The notes beneath the pieces were generated by a model. That model worked only from the letters and a program-made list of their open reading frames with translations, was not told the origin of the DNA and did no database searches. A program made the translations under genes and the position numbers. DNA of 58,961 nt, counting the filler, from Dimargaris cristalligena (lineage: Eukaryota), in the NCBI GenBank assembly GCA_003614675.1. It is 6 parts of 6 records of this genome, joined end to end, with 100 filler letters (N's around TTAATTAATTAA, not from the genome) between each part and the next. Parts side by side here need not be neighbours in the genome. Positions count along the whole stretch, not along the records: positions 1 to 9,758 come from ML003235.1; positions 9,859 to 19,612 come from ML003236.1; 4 more parts are not named here. One strand, 5' to 3'. Positions 1 through 11,000 of this stretch are shown here, piece after piece; positions within the stretch are counted from its first letter, which is position 1, and each line of letters opens with the position of its first letter.

Positions 1-552
1 TTTTCCGTAAAAATATTACTTTCCCCGAAGTAGAAAGGAAAAATTTTCTAGCGAAAATTTGTTTCTCTATCTTTCTCCTTCTTTTATTCCTTCCTACCAG
101 CCGACCCTATTAGTTTATTCTATTTTTACGTTCAAATTTGTCTCTGCCGTGTTCTTTACACTTGTACACGACGACCTTTCGGTTATTATAGACCGTGGAC
201 TTGTCCATTGAGCGAAATAAGTATCGCCAATAAATAACAAAACGTCGACGGCATCTATTAACGATAATATGTGTATGGGAGAATATATGGGAAATCTATT
301 TTTAACTAGTAATATTAGCCGAATCTAATGAATTTTTCGTTATATAGCTCAGATGAACTTCTCCCATATTAACTAAGTCCTGGGCCAGTGAAAAATTGTG
401 ACTGGAAGGTAAGGAAGTGCCTATTTATCCCCTGGAAGCCCATTTTCTACTTAAAATCCATTCCGTGAATCTTCTATTGTTCTTTTTACGTGTGCCGCTT
501 CGCCTAATTCTGCTATAATATTATTGACAACGACCCCAATGGATCTGTTGCC

Positions 553-3069
553 ATGCGTTGTCCTCCTCTAAGCTTCCGCACAAGTCACCCGGGTAAAAGT
601 GGCTCTATTCTAGCTCGCCAGCGGAAAACGGGCGGGGCTGGACTATGTGCCTCCTCTCTACCACCGACTCAACCGGCAGTAGGGTGCCGACTCCCAAGCA
701 CGCCATGCGTCCTTCCATTGACCTTCATCGGGCGAGCCCAAGTCCGCACCCACCTACTGCTAACCCATGAAATCTGTTCCGGCGGGGTGCATTCAAAGTC
801 CCGGGCCTACAGCACGAGAAGTAAACCATCGTCGAATGAGCCCCACGACCCGACCCTCTACACATTAGTCAAACTCCTCCAGGCCCACGTTGGAAAGAGG
901 GCATTCAACGACAGCTGGCAAATCTACCGCCAACTGAAAGACCAAGACGCCCTCCATGCCATCCCCAGTTTCCTATGGCGTCAGTTACTCTTTTTCTATT
1001 CCCAGTTGGATGAGGTCAACTACCCTCCCCGCACGGGCTTTACACCTACGACCCGGTCCGAAGCCGCCGAAACGCCCGAAGCCCGGATCCTGCATAAAGT
1101 TCTCTATATTCAACAGAGCATTGAAACCGCCCCGGTGATTATTGACGTGACCATTCGCGGGCGCTTGAATCAGATGGCCCACGATTGGTTAGCCCTGTTT
1201 CCCACTTCTCCGATTTCGACAACTGAGCAGACGGACCCCGATTTTCAGCTGGTTTACGGGTCTCCGAAGGCGAATCTTGATATTTTCCAAAATGAATCGC
1301 CGGCGAGGACCAACCCTAGCGTTAACCCCACGACTCTAGACCTGAATGACCTACCCCCTTTTTCGGCGGTGGATTACCGGACTCTCCTGTATATTTTTAA
1401 CCAGCTTCGGGACCCCCAGGCGATGTTACACGTGCTTACCCACAAGCTAAAACGACAATTCGAGCCCGTCGGTGCCGAAGGCAATGCTCTTATGATCGCC
1501 TACCAACTAAATGACGACTGGGAGGGGAGTCGGCAAGTCCTGGACCTCCTCCAGAAGGATAAGTGTACGTGGGATTCCGACACTTACAAAATTGTGATTC
1601 GTATGAATGTGGAGACGGGCCACATCGTAGAGGCCGGCCGGCTATTAGAAGAGCTGATCCAACTCGGCTATATCCCAGAGGCCCGTCTGGTTAGTTTTGT
1701 TGTCCTAGGCTTGGCCCAGCAGTGGGCGTATGGTGATAGCGCTGCCGGGGCCCTGAAGACAACTCTCCGGCGGGCGCGACTGGAGCGCAAGAACCGACAT
1801 TCCTCAGTGGAACGGGCCCAACTCCACATGAGCCTCACCCGACTTTTCCAGGAAATGCGAACCCGGCCCGGGATGGTCTGGGATACCCGTACGGTGGAAA
1901 ATCTCATCAGGGCCTATGCAACCCTAGGCGAAATCGACCAGGCCTGGGCCCTCTTTTACGAATTACTCAACGAAGCCGACCCCACGGTCGATTTCGAGCG
2001 CTTCCAAACCGGTCCCCTTGACTATATCACTAGGCCCGTCGACGACCATCGGATCACTTATTCCCTGGACCACCGCTACCCGGGGCTGTACACCTACAGC
2101 ATCATTGTCAACACCCTCCTCAACGGCGGCGGCTTGATCCGCCGCATTCCCATCCTCTATGACTACCTGGCCTCCCAAAAAACCCAGGCACCCTTTTCCG
2201 CCGGCCGTTCCCAGCCGAGCCCGACCAATTCCTTACCCGGTCGGCTAGGGTCCGCCAGTGTCCTGCTACTCACCGACTTTATGTTGGCCTTTGGCCGGCT
2301 GGGCCGTACCCGCCAAATCCGGGACATTTTCGTGGCCCTCAGCGAACAACGCCAACTCATTGAACCCCGGCACTTCAACAAGATTTTACAGGCTTTTTGT
2401 TTCGGCCGCGATATGGAAATGGGACTAGCGCTTTACGCGCGATTTGCCCTTGGCCAGGTGCAACTGATGGGGGAGAAGGGAGGGCCACCATCCTCCCAAG
2501 CGCTCTTCCTATCCGAGGAGCTCCAGGAAAGTGTTCGGCTCTTCCCCATTCAGCACGACTTAGATGCCTTTGCCTATAGTATTATTATCAACGGCTGTAT
2601 CCGCTGTAACCGCCTGGACTGGATTCCAACCATCGAAAAGGACCTGGTGACGAACCCTACCATCATGGAAAGTCAGGTTGTGCAAATGGACTTGATCATG
2701 GCCCACGCGGCGGCCCGGGATGCCACTGGAGTGCTTTGGCTGATCCGGCAGTGGATTGCCCGTCAGCAAGCGGCGAAAAAGGCATCGCCGTCCTTGGCTT
2801 CATCAGCGCTACCGATACCGCCGCCCCCTACTTTTCCAGCGAAACTCGCCAGTAAATCGTATACCTATGTAGAAGGCGATAACTTGAAGTTCCAGGATTT
2901 CGTGGCCATGAATGTGAACCCATCCCACGTCAACCGACTATTTATCGCGCTTACCAAAGTCGGGGCGTGGAATAGCGCCAACCAGGCAATGCATTTTATG
3001 CAAAGATACCTTAAGATGAATGTGGATGCCCTTGCCCGTGCGGAAGCCCTGAAGCATATTGATCTATAA
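553..3069 (+). CDS. Pentatricopeptide repeat (PPR) protein, probably mitochondrial RNA-binding (838 aa)
   Basis: Uninterrupted ORF with several PPR-like 35-aa motifs (TYKIVIRMNVETGHIVEAGRLLEELIQLGYIPE; TVENLIRAYATLGEIDQAWALFYELL; HFNKILQAFCFGRDMEMGLALY; AYSIIINGCIRCNRLD). The R/S-rich, acid-poor N-terminus resembles a mitochondrial presequence. Confidence 0.8.
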   Translation: MRCPPLSFRTSHPGKSGSILARQRKTGGAGLCASSLPPTQPAVGCRLPSTPCVLPLTFIGRAQVRTHLLLTHEICSGGVHSKSRAYSTRSKPSSNEPHDPTLYTLVKLLQAHVGKRAFNDSWQIYRQLKDQDALHAIPSFLWRQLLFFYSQLDEVNYPPRTGFTPTTRSEAAETPEARILHKVLYIQQSIETAPVIIDVTIRGRLNQMAHDWLALFPTSPISTTEQTDPDFQLVYGSPKANLDIFQNESPARTNPSVNPTTLDLNDLPPFSAVDYRTLLYIFNQLRDPQAMLHVLTHKLKRQFEPVGAEGNALMIAYQLNDDWEGSRQVLDLLQKDKCTWDSDTYKIVIRMNVETGHIVEAGRLLEELIQLGYIPEARLVSFVVLGLAQQWAYGDSAAGALKTTLRRARLERKNRHSSVERAQLHMSLTRLFQEMRTRPGMVWDTRTVENLIRAYATLGEIDQAWALFYELLNEADPTVDFERFQTGPLDYITRPVDDHRITYSLDHRYPGLYTYSIIVNTLLNGGGLIRRIPILYDYLASQKTQAPFSAGRSQPSPTNSLPGRLGSASVLLLTDFMLAFGRLGRTRQIRDIFVALSEQRQLIEPRHFNKILQAFCFGRDMEMGLALYARFALGQVQLMGEKGGPPSSQALFLSEELQESVRLFPIQHDLDAFAYSIIINGCIRCNRLDWIPTIEKDLVTNPTIMESQVVQMDLIMAHAAARDATGVLWLIRQWIARQQAAKKASPSLASSALPIPPPPTFPAKLASKSYTYVEGDNLKFQDFVAMNVNPSHVNRLFIALTKVGAWNSANQAMHFMQRYLKMNVDALARAEALKHIDL

Positions 3070-3299
3070 GGTCGATGGCCATTTGAGGCTAGCCCGTGTC
3101 CCAAAGTTTTGGGTTTACAAAACCCTAGGTGTCTCAAAATCAATTGATTGACCCAATGTGTGCTTTATAAAGATTATATGATGTTTTACATTTATTTTAC
3201 TGTCAATACCTTTGCTATGTAAGATGGGAGTGGAGACAGGTGGTCTTGGTTTAATTTAATGACTAGAAAATCTGGCAAAGCACCATCCCCCAGAAGGCT

Positions 3300-5354
3300 T
3301 TATGATCCTGGCCTACCAGGAAACAATTGGGAAGGCGAAAAAAAGTTGAATGGAAATGGCGCGGGGTTAGCGACCGGGGTAGCCGTATGCTCCTGTCCCC
3401 AGTTGTAGTAATAGTAAAGATGAGAGTATGAGGCGGGGTGGAAAGCCCCCGATGCGGAAGGCGCTTGGTGGTATGCGTAATCCGTCGGCGAAGGCTTGAT
3501 GGGGGTTGTTTCGGAGAATTTTCTTTTGGGCGCTTGGGTAGTGGTAGTGGCGGTGGTAGCGGTGGAGGATCGGGACTTCTTGGCCCGTGGTTTTGGTCTA
3601 CGCTGAGATTTAACTGGGCCACCCGAACCGGATTCCTTGGCCGCCTTGGGTGAATTTGGTTCGGGTAGGGGTTCGACAGGGACGGCTAGGAGTGACTCAT
3701 ATGCCTGCTGCTCCTCGGGCTGCAGCTGCAGGCGAGGGCCAGCTGTTTTCAAGGATTCGAACAGTTGCTCCAGGGGATCTAAGCTCACCTTAAATTCGGT
3801 TTGAAGGCGGTGAAGCATAGGTCCCTCGAGGGTGGGGGCAACGAGACTGACGGTATAACCGATGGATCCGAACCGGCCGGTACGGCCCACCCGGTGAAAG
3901 TAAGTTTCCGGATCCCACGGCATGTCCCAATTTATAACCAGATCAACCCGGTCGATATCGATACCCCGGGCCATCAGGTCGGAACTAACAATTACCCGAA
4001 TCTGGAAGGCCCGAGCTTTACGCATCACATCCAGGCGTTCGGCTTGGTTCAGGTGGCTGGAAATCCAAACCGCGGGATATCCCAAATGGGTTAGGTAGTC
4101 GGCTAATTGCGGACCCCGCTGGTGGTGATTGAGAAAGATGAGGCACTGGTAAAAAGGCAGGTGGGTAAATAAATCGGCGATGGCTTTCTGCTTGCTCTGT
4201 TGGAGTTGGAAGCGGGCCGGCGCTGAGGTAGGCTCGATAGGAATTTCCAGATAAAATTGGCGAACCCCCGATAGGGTGGGTCCAGATTGGGTGAGGCGCA
4301 CGTGCTGGGGCTGGTGCATGAGATTCTTTTCTAGTTTGGCGAGTAGGGTCTCGTTATAGGTGGCGGAGAAAGCCAGGGTTTGGTGGGGCCGGGGTAGAAG
4401 CTGGGCAATATCCTGTACAGTGGATTGGAAAGACTCTTCCATGAGTTTGTCCGCCTCATCTAAAATCAGAGTACGGAAAGAGTGGGTCTGGAAGGCCCCA
4501 TTGATCAGTAGTTGGCTGAGTCGACCTGGTCGAGAGGTTGAAGGAGGGTTGGAATAGATATTGAAATATAGAGATATATGGGTTAGAGAAGTAGTTCCTT
4601 ACCGAAACAATTCCGTTTAACAAGTAATGGAGGTGTTCATGGGAAATAATGATTAATCAATAATGTAAATCGCGTAATTACCTGGAGTGCCCACAGCGAT
4701 GTGGCATTTGGTGGCTTTGGCGACATCGTCAGCGTAAGGGGTGCCCCCAATAAAGTAGTCGCAGATGCTCAGACCCATGAGCTCAGAAAGATGCTGGATG
4801 ACAGTGTAGCTTTGAAAGGCGATTTCACGAGTTGGTGCTAATATTATGGTCTGGTCGGGATAAAGCAGAATCAAAAAATAACATTATGGGTTAGATAACA
4901 TAAAAATTGTGGGGAAAATAATTACAGAGCCCCCTGCAAATAAGATGGGGTGAATCGATACTGCCTTAAATGTGTAGTGAAAAGGGGGAGTGTCTTTACT
5001 TACATGGAGTCCAACGGCCGCCGCGGCGCCTTCGATGGCCAGGACGCTAAATACAATGGTTTTTCCGGTGCCGGATTTGGCTTGGGCGATCAGGTCGAGC
5101 CCCAGACGACCCAGCGGAATAGCTTTCCACTGGATAGGGGAGGGGCTTTGGAACCCACTCGTTTGTAGAGCTTTCAGTAATTGAGGGTTCTGGATAAGGT
5201 CCTCGAACTCGCCCAGTTTGGCCAAATCGTGGTCAACAGAAGCAGTGTCTTGAGCTGCAGTGGCTCCGGCAGCCGCCGAGTCCGAGTCGGCGGGAATCTG
5301 GCGGTCAGGCCGGGCCAACAGTGGTCGAGCGGGAGGTTGGGCGTCGATCTCCAT
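3300..5354 (-). CDS. DDX20: DEAD-box RNA helicase, DDX20/Gemin3-like (3 exons, ~581 aa)
   Basis: Exons complement(5004-5354, 4682-4850, 3300-4525) with GTAAGT/GTAATT donors and CAG acceptors, frame preserved. Motifs: Q (GFQSPSPIQ), [64 protein letters not shown] and SATY are typical of DDX20. Confidence 0.8.
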
Positions 5355-5872
5355 GTGTGGATAGAGGGAGGGAATTGCACCTCCGAAAGACCGAGTAGAT
5401 CTAATAGTTTATAATGGAAGAGAAGGGTTACCCAAGTGGTAATGCAATTCCAAGTAGGACCGTCCCTTTACGGTAGCCTTTGTTGGCTAAGCCTGTCGCA
5501 GAAGACGAATGGGCCCCCAGATGAAGTCATTGCCTAGGAAAAATCGCACTCTTGCCCGAGACCTTTTGGGATTCTATGGTCGAGGCTATTCGACTCAAGT
5601 CTTCATAAATCATGTCGCGGGTTGCTGCGGTTGACCACAAGCTCATGGAGTGGAACCTTTGTCTTGCATAGTCCTCTATTCGGATTACGTGGAGCGTTAT
5701 GCACCAATAAACCGTACCACTATAGTCCTAATAAAAAGCAGCCGACCCGTTGCGTTAAGTGGCTGAGTCTGCTTTCAACTTGCCTATCTCCAACTTTATT
5801 TCATTCCAACAGTGTTCTTCCCACTACTACACTCATTACTAAATAAGTCTCGCCCGCCTCAATCCGAATACC
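5355..5872. promoter_or_regulatory. Probable bidirectional promoter between divergent DDX20 and NEMF genes
   Basis: 518-bp gap between head-to-head start codons; no specific element identified. Confidence 0.45.
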
Positions 5873-8800
5873 ATGAAACAACGTTTCTCGGCCCTCGATG
5901 TGTGCGCCTCTGTGGCGGACATCCGCCAAAAGGTCGTAGACCACCGTCTGCAGAACATTTACGACGTCAATTCCAAGACCTACCTGCTTAAGTTTGCCAA
6001 ACCTGACAGCAAAGACTTCCTTCTCATCGAGTCGGGCATCCGCCTACACACCACCGACTTTTCCCGGGACAAGGCCACCATTCCGTCCAACTTTTGCATG
6101 AAGTTGCGCAAGCATCTGCGAACCCGCCGCCTCACCGCCGTTACTCAGTTGGGCTTGGACCGTATCGTCGATTTCGAATTCGCTGGTAATGAGCACATCC
6201 CCACCTACCATCTCATCACCGAATTCTACGCCTCGGGCAATATTATCCTGACCGATGGCAACTACCGTATTATGACTTTGCTCCGCGTGGTACAACCGAA
6301 TGAAACCACCCGGATTGCGGTGGACACAATTTACGATATCCAGCAATTTGGTCGGCCGTTTACTCCCATGACCCAAGCGACCTGGGAAGAGCTAGTGGCC
6401 CAGGCCAAGTCCGGGGAAATGGTCAAGAAATTCCTCAACCAACGTACCGTCTACGGTCCCCAGCTGTCCGAACACATTATCCGCACCGCTGGTCTGGAGC
6501 CCAACATTAAGTTTGGCACGGGGCTTCCCCTGACCGCCGACTCGCCGGAGTCTCAGCGTCTGTTAAATCAGTTCGCCGAGGCGGACGTCTGGATTACCCA
6601 CTGCATGGCCCACCCCCAACCAGGCTACATTGTGTTGGCCCCGCCCGCACCCACCGAGATCGCCACTCCCACCGACGTGTTCCTGGATTTCCAGCCGTTT
6701 CTTTTTGCCCAACTACAGGACAAACCCATCCGCAAGTTCGACCACTTCGACAAGGCCGTCGACCACTATTTCTCGCTGCTCGAATCTCAGAAGCTCGAGA
6801 TGCAAACGCGCGGCCAGGAGGAGGCTGCCCTGCGGAAATTGGACTATATCCGTCAGGAACACCTCGGGCGGATCCAGGGCCTGGAGCAGGCCCAGGTACG
6901 TAACGTGGCCAAAGCCAACGCCCTCGACGCCCGCCGGGACCAGGTCGAACAAACGATTGCGGTTATCCGGAACGCCGTCGCTAGTGGACTTAGCTGGTCC
7001 GACATTGACGAGCTGATTCGGGACCAGAAGGCCCAGGGGAATCCTCTGGCGCTGACTATCCACGCCCTCAAATTAGAGTCGAACCGGATTACGTTGGCTT
7101 TGCCCAGTGTCGATTCGAATGACGAGGAGGAGTCTGAATCATCTGAATCCAACGATGACTTATTTGCTACCGATGACGAAGACGAAGATGATGCTGACGA
7201 GAAGGCTGCGTCCAAGGCCCAGGCCTCTAAGAATACTACCAAATCGTCGAAAACATCCTCCTCCACAAGCCCGTCTACTCTTCTCATCGATGTGGATATT
7301 TACCAGACCGTGTTTGCCAATGTCCGGAGCTACTTCGATGTTAAAAAGAAATCGGCATTTAAACACTCCAAGACAGTGGCCGTTTCTCAAAAAGCGCTTA
7401 AGAGTGCCCAGCGGACTATTGAGCATAGTCTTAAAGAAACGCGTATTACTGCGACCATCAATAAGATGCGTAAACCGTTGTGGTTCGAACGTTTCCTGTG
7501 GTTCATCTCCTCTGAGGGCTACCTCGTATTAGCAGGTCGGGATATGCAGCAAAACGAACTACTGGTCCAAAAGCATTTGCAAAAGGGTATGTATTTTTAT
7601 GTATATTAAAACCACGAACGGAGCGATAAATACTAGTCAACTGGATGATACTGTCTGGTCGGAACTATATATATTGTCGATCGTAATTTTGAATAATACC
7701 CCGCATACTAATACTGATCTATTTCTTAACTATATTCATTGTATCGCACCGTCCCATCTACCCTTTAATAGGCGACATCTACGTACACGCCGATCTCCAC
7801 GGCGCGGCGTCCGTCATTGTCAAAAACCACGGCCCTGGAGAGGTCCCGCCTAGCACCCTCCTCCAGGCTGGTATCATGTCTGTGTGTCAGAGTAAAGCAT
7901 GGGAAGCGAAGATCGTTACCAGTGCCTGGTGTGTCCAAGCCCACCAGGTCTCCAAGAGTGCCCCGACGGGTGAATACCTGACCACTGGTAGTTTTATGAT
8001 TCGCGGTAAAAAGACCTTCCTACCGCCCGCTCAGTTGGTCTACGGGTTTGGCATCCTCTTTCGGCTGGAGGAATCCTGTATTGGTAAGCATTTGGCCGAA
8101 CACCGTCGGGACCAGTCCGAAGCGCAGGAACTCTCAGGGGATCTGGATAATAGCCAACCAGCTGAAGTGAACGTAGCGGAGGCCGTCGCCACTGCCGATG
8201 AGCCTACCACCGTTGTGACTGCGGAAGATTTCGCTAAAGCCAGGGCCCGGTACAATTTGGACGATTTGAACCAACCAGAGGCGAACGATGAAGGCAATGC
8301 TGCTGCCCCATCGAATCCTAAAAATGGTCACCCCGACGTCGGACCACCCGCTCCGAACCAACGCCGCCCGTTGACCGCCAAAGAACGCCGGCTTCAGCGC
8401 CAGAATCACAGCAAAGGCCCGGAACCCGCCCCCAAACCTAAAGCTGCCCCACGTAGTCGCAGGGGAAAAACAAAAAAGAAGTCGGCCCAACAGGAGGACG
8501 AAGAATGGGAGCGCAAACTTCAGCAGCACCAGGCGCCATCCGACCTATCCGAATTCGCCCCACTAGCCAACTCGGAACCTGAGGCCGGGGCCGAAGCCGA
8601 AGCGACGGACTCGGCCGGTCCTTCCTTATCCACTAACTCCCCAGAGGTCTCAACCACAAACCCCCAACCGGAAGAATCGGCGCCTGTAGCCCAGGATCAG
8701 ATTTCGGTTTCCGAATCGGATCCCCGTCAGAATGCTAATGAAGCGGCCGAAATTCGGCAATTGCTCCTGGAAGAGAACATCGTGCCCATTGAACCCGAAG

Positions 8801-9123
8801 ATAATGTGTCTCTTCTGGACTCTCTGACGGCCACGCCATTTGCCGATGATATTTTATTATCTGCCGTCCCGGTTTGCGCCCCTTACACGGCCCTCCAAAA
8901 CTACAAGTATAAGGTCAAGCTGACCCCAGGTACACTGAAAAAGGGCAAGGCCTGCAAGTCCGCTCTGGCTGTGTTTTTGACCAACCCGGAGTCGACTGCC
9001 CAAGAAAAAGCCCTGATGAAAAGCGTGCCTGATACCGACCTCATATCCCAAATGCTGGCCAAAGTGAAAGTGTCGGCCCCTAACCTCGAACTGGCTAGAA
9101 AATCTCTGAAGAAAAAGCGATAA
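5873..9123 (+). CDS. RQC2: Ribosome quality control subunit NEMF/Rqc2 (2 exons)
   Basis: Exons 5873-7586 and 7772-9123; intron GTATGT...TAG. Splicing restores QKGDIYVHADLHGAASV. Motifs MKQRFSALDV, DRIVDF, WFERFLWFISSEGYLVLAGRDMQQNE, SKSAPTGEYLTTGSFMIRGKK, VCAPY..LQNYKYKVKLTPG..KKGKA. Confidence 0.95.
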
Positions 9124-9758
9124 ACCTAGCCTTTAATTCTTTACCGACTATAATTACTCGCAGTGGGCGGTTCTTTTATATATAAATATACGCTCGGCCA
9201 ATACAATTCATTTTATAATTTAATACATTTTATATAAGAGAATGCGATGTGTCGCTGCTATTGAAGTGCAGACCGTGTTGCAGTTCTTAGGAGCTCAATC
9301 TGAGAACACGCCTCGTAGTACCTTTGGTTAGAAATGGCAACACCAGACTAGATTAGATTACTGTGGGCTTTCACCCCATCTGTGCCTAAACGACAAACCA
9401 TGAGCCAGCATTAGTGTTTGGCTTGACTATCGCCAAGTGTCGTCCAATACATCTTGGGGTAGTTCATGGTCGAATACCACAAAATATATTCCTTGGCCAA
9501 GTGTGGACCAAACTCTATCAGAACGAATATCGGGGTGTTGTGGCCGGGCCTGCTTAAGCTCTAATAGCATATCCCGGCCAAGCTATTTTTAGTTTAGAAA
9601 AGATGAAGAACATCACCAAATATCAGTCTTCATCTTTTCCCACCCAGTTATAAGCCATTCGATGGCTAGGCCGTTTTTCCTATATTCAATATTCGATATT
9701 CAGTATTCATAGTTTTTACTCACAACTCGAGGATCATTTAGTTATAGGAGTCTGGGGC

Positions 9759-9858
9759 NNNNNNNNNNNNNNNNNNNNNNNNNNNNNNNNNNNNNNNNNN
9801 NNTTAATTAATTAANNNNNNNNNNNNNNNNNNNNNNNNNNNNNNNNNNNNNNNNNNNN
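9759..9858. other. Artificial contig-joining linker (N44-TTAATTAATTAA-N44)
   Basis: The same 100-nt spacer, with stops in all six frames, occurs five times. Confidence 0.99.
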
Positions 9859-9899
9859 CTATTGTTAGCTATTCTTTGAACAGGGGCGCAGTCGGGCCA

Positions 9900-11000
9900 G
9901 GGGCAGTGTGAATGCAGGGGTATCATCTGGTCAGGGGCAGGGGCTTATTCACTCATCAGGGGTGTACTTCCGATAAGTGCAAAAAATGGATTAAGAATAA
10001 AAGTAGGTAAAAAATGTGGTAAGTTCACCACAACAATCATCTGGTAAAAATTGGTAAAAGAATCGGTTATCTTAAGGGCAAGAAATAAGGCATTAAAGTC
10101 TGGTTTATTAAAGATGGGTGATTACCCCTTATTTATATGTCAGGAAATAAATTAAGGGGTTAGGGTATTCAGTGGTGGTGGAAAACAGTAGTTAGTCTTG
10201 ATACTATTTTTGGAATAACCACTGGTGGTCCTGGGTCACTTGATGTTGTTGGCTGGGAAAGTTGGGGATGTCAGTGGCATTGTTGGTTTTGATTGAGTTC
10301 CAAATGAGTTTGTTCTAATAAACTCGGTGGCTTAGCTGCTGGGGAAGTCATGGGGACATTTGGTACTTGAGGGTTAGGGATTCCTGTAGAATGACTGGGG
10401 AAATCATCAGACCAGTCCTAAGGATGTCTTGGTGACCTGGGCCTGGGAATAGCTGCCACTGAAGTTTGTGGTTCTTGGGGAGGCAGCACAATAATTTAGA
10501 ATATTCTCCACATTCCCTTAATAATAGTTAAATTGGTGGGTCCCAGAATTATTATCAGGGGTTTGAAACATTTCTTTTATTTACAGTGAACTGGGAAAGT
10601 GTATTTCTCAGTTTTTAATAAATAATATTTTACTTATTAATGATAGTTACAGATGTAACCACCAGAATGAGTAATAATGAGAAATAATGTCTTTTTACAT
10701 AGTACAATTTTGGTAACTGTGTAAATATTGTGGCAAACTAAAACATGACCAAAATGGTCTCCTGCAAACTAAATATAACTATTGTCTAAGTAATAAAATC
10801 CAATTACCATAATTATCTCAGGTTCCAGTGAATATACCTGCTGACCAATTCTAATTTATAAAGGTATTATTAGTACCAAGATTTATAAAAGCAGTAACAT
10901 TGGTATATTTTATCCAACTTTTCTTTCCGAATAATTTTTAATGAGTATTCACTGATTGTCACTACAGGTCCTTTAAATTTGGTGCTATTCTAAATGCTAA
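9900..11000 (-). pseudogene. AT-rich, CpG-depleted degenerate coding/repeat relic (possible decayed transposon)
   Basis: Only a handful of CG dinucleotides in ~1 kb. A minus-strand Pro/Ser-rich frame (PPQEPQTSVAAIPRPRSPRHP*DWSDDFPSHSTGIPNPQVPNVPMTSP...) is broken by stops. Lies at a contig start. Confidence 0.35.

Noticed and set aside
9803-9814. TTAATTAATTAA palindrome repeated five times, and ORFs running into N-runs
   Set aside because: Synthetic six-frame stop linker.
10717-10900. Zinc-knuckle-like LCKYCGKLKH (+) and protease-like VTAFINLGTNNTFIN (-) suggesting gag/pol
   Set aside because: Opposite strands, last Cys and catalytic Asp missing, no RT or integrase nearby; too weak to call an LTR element.
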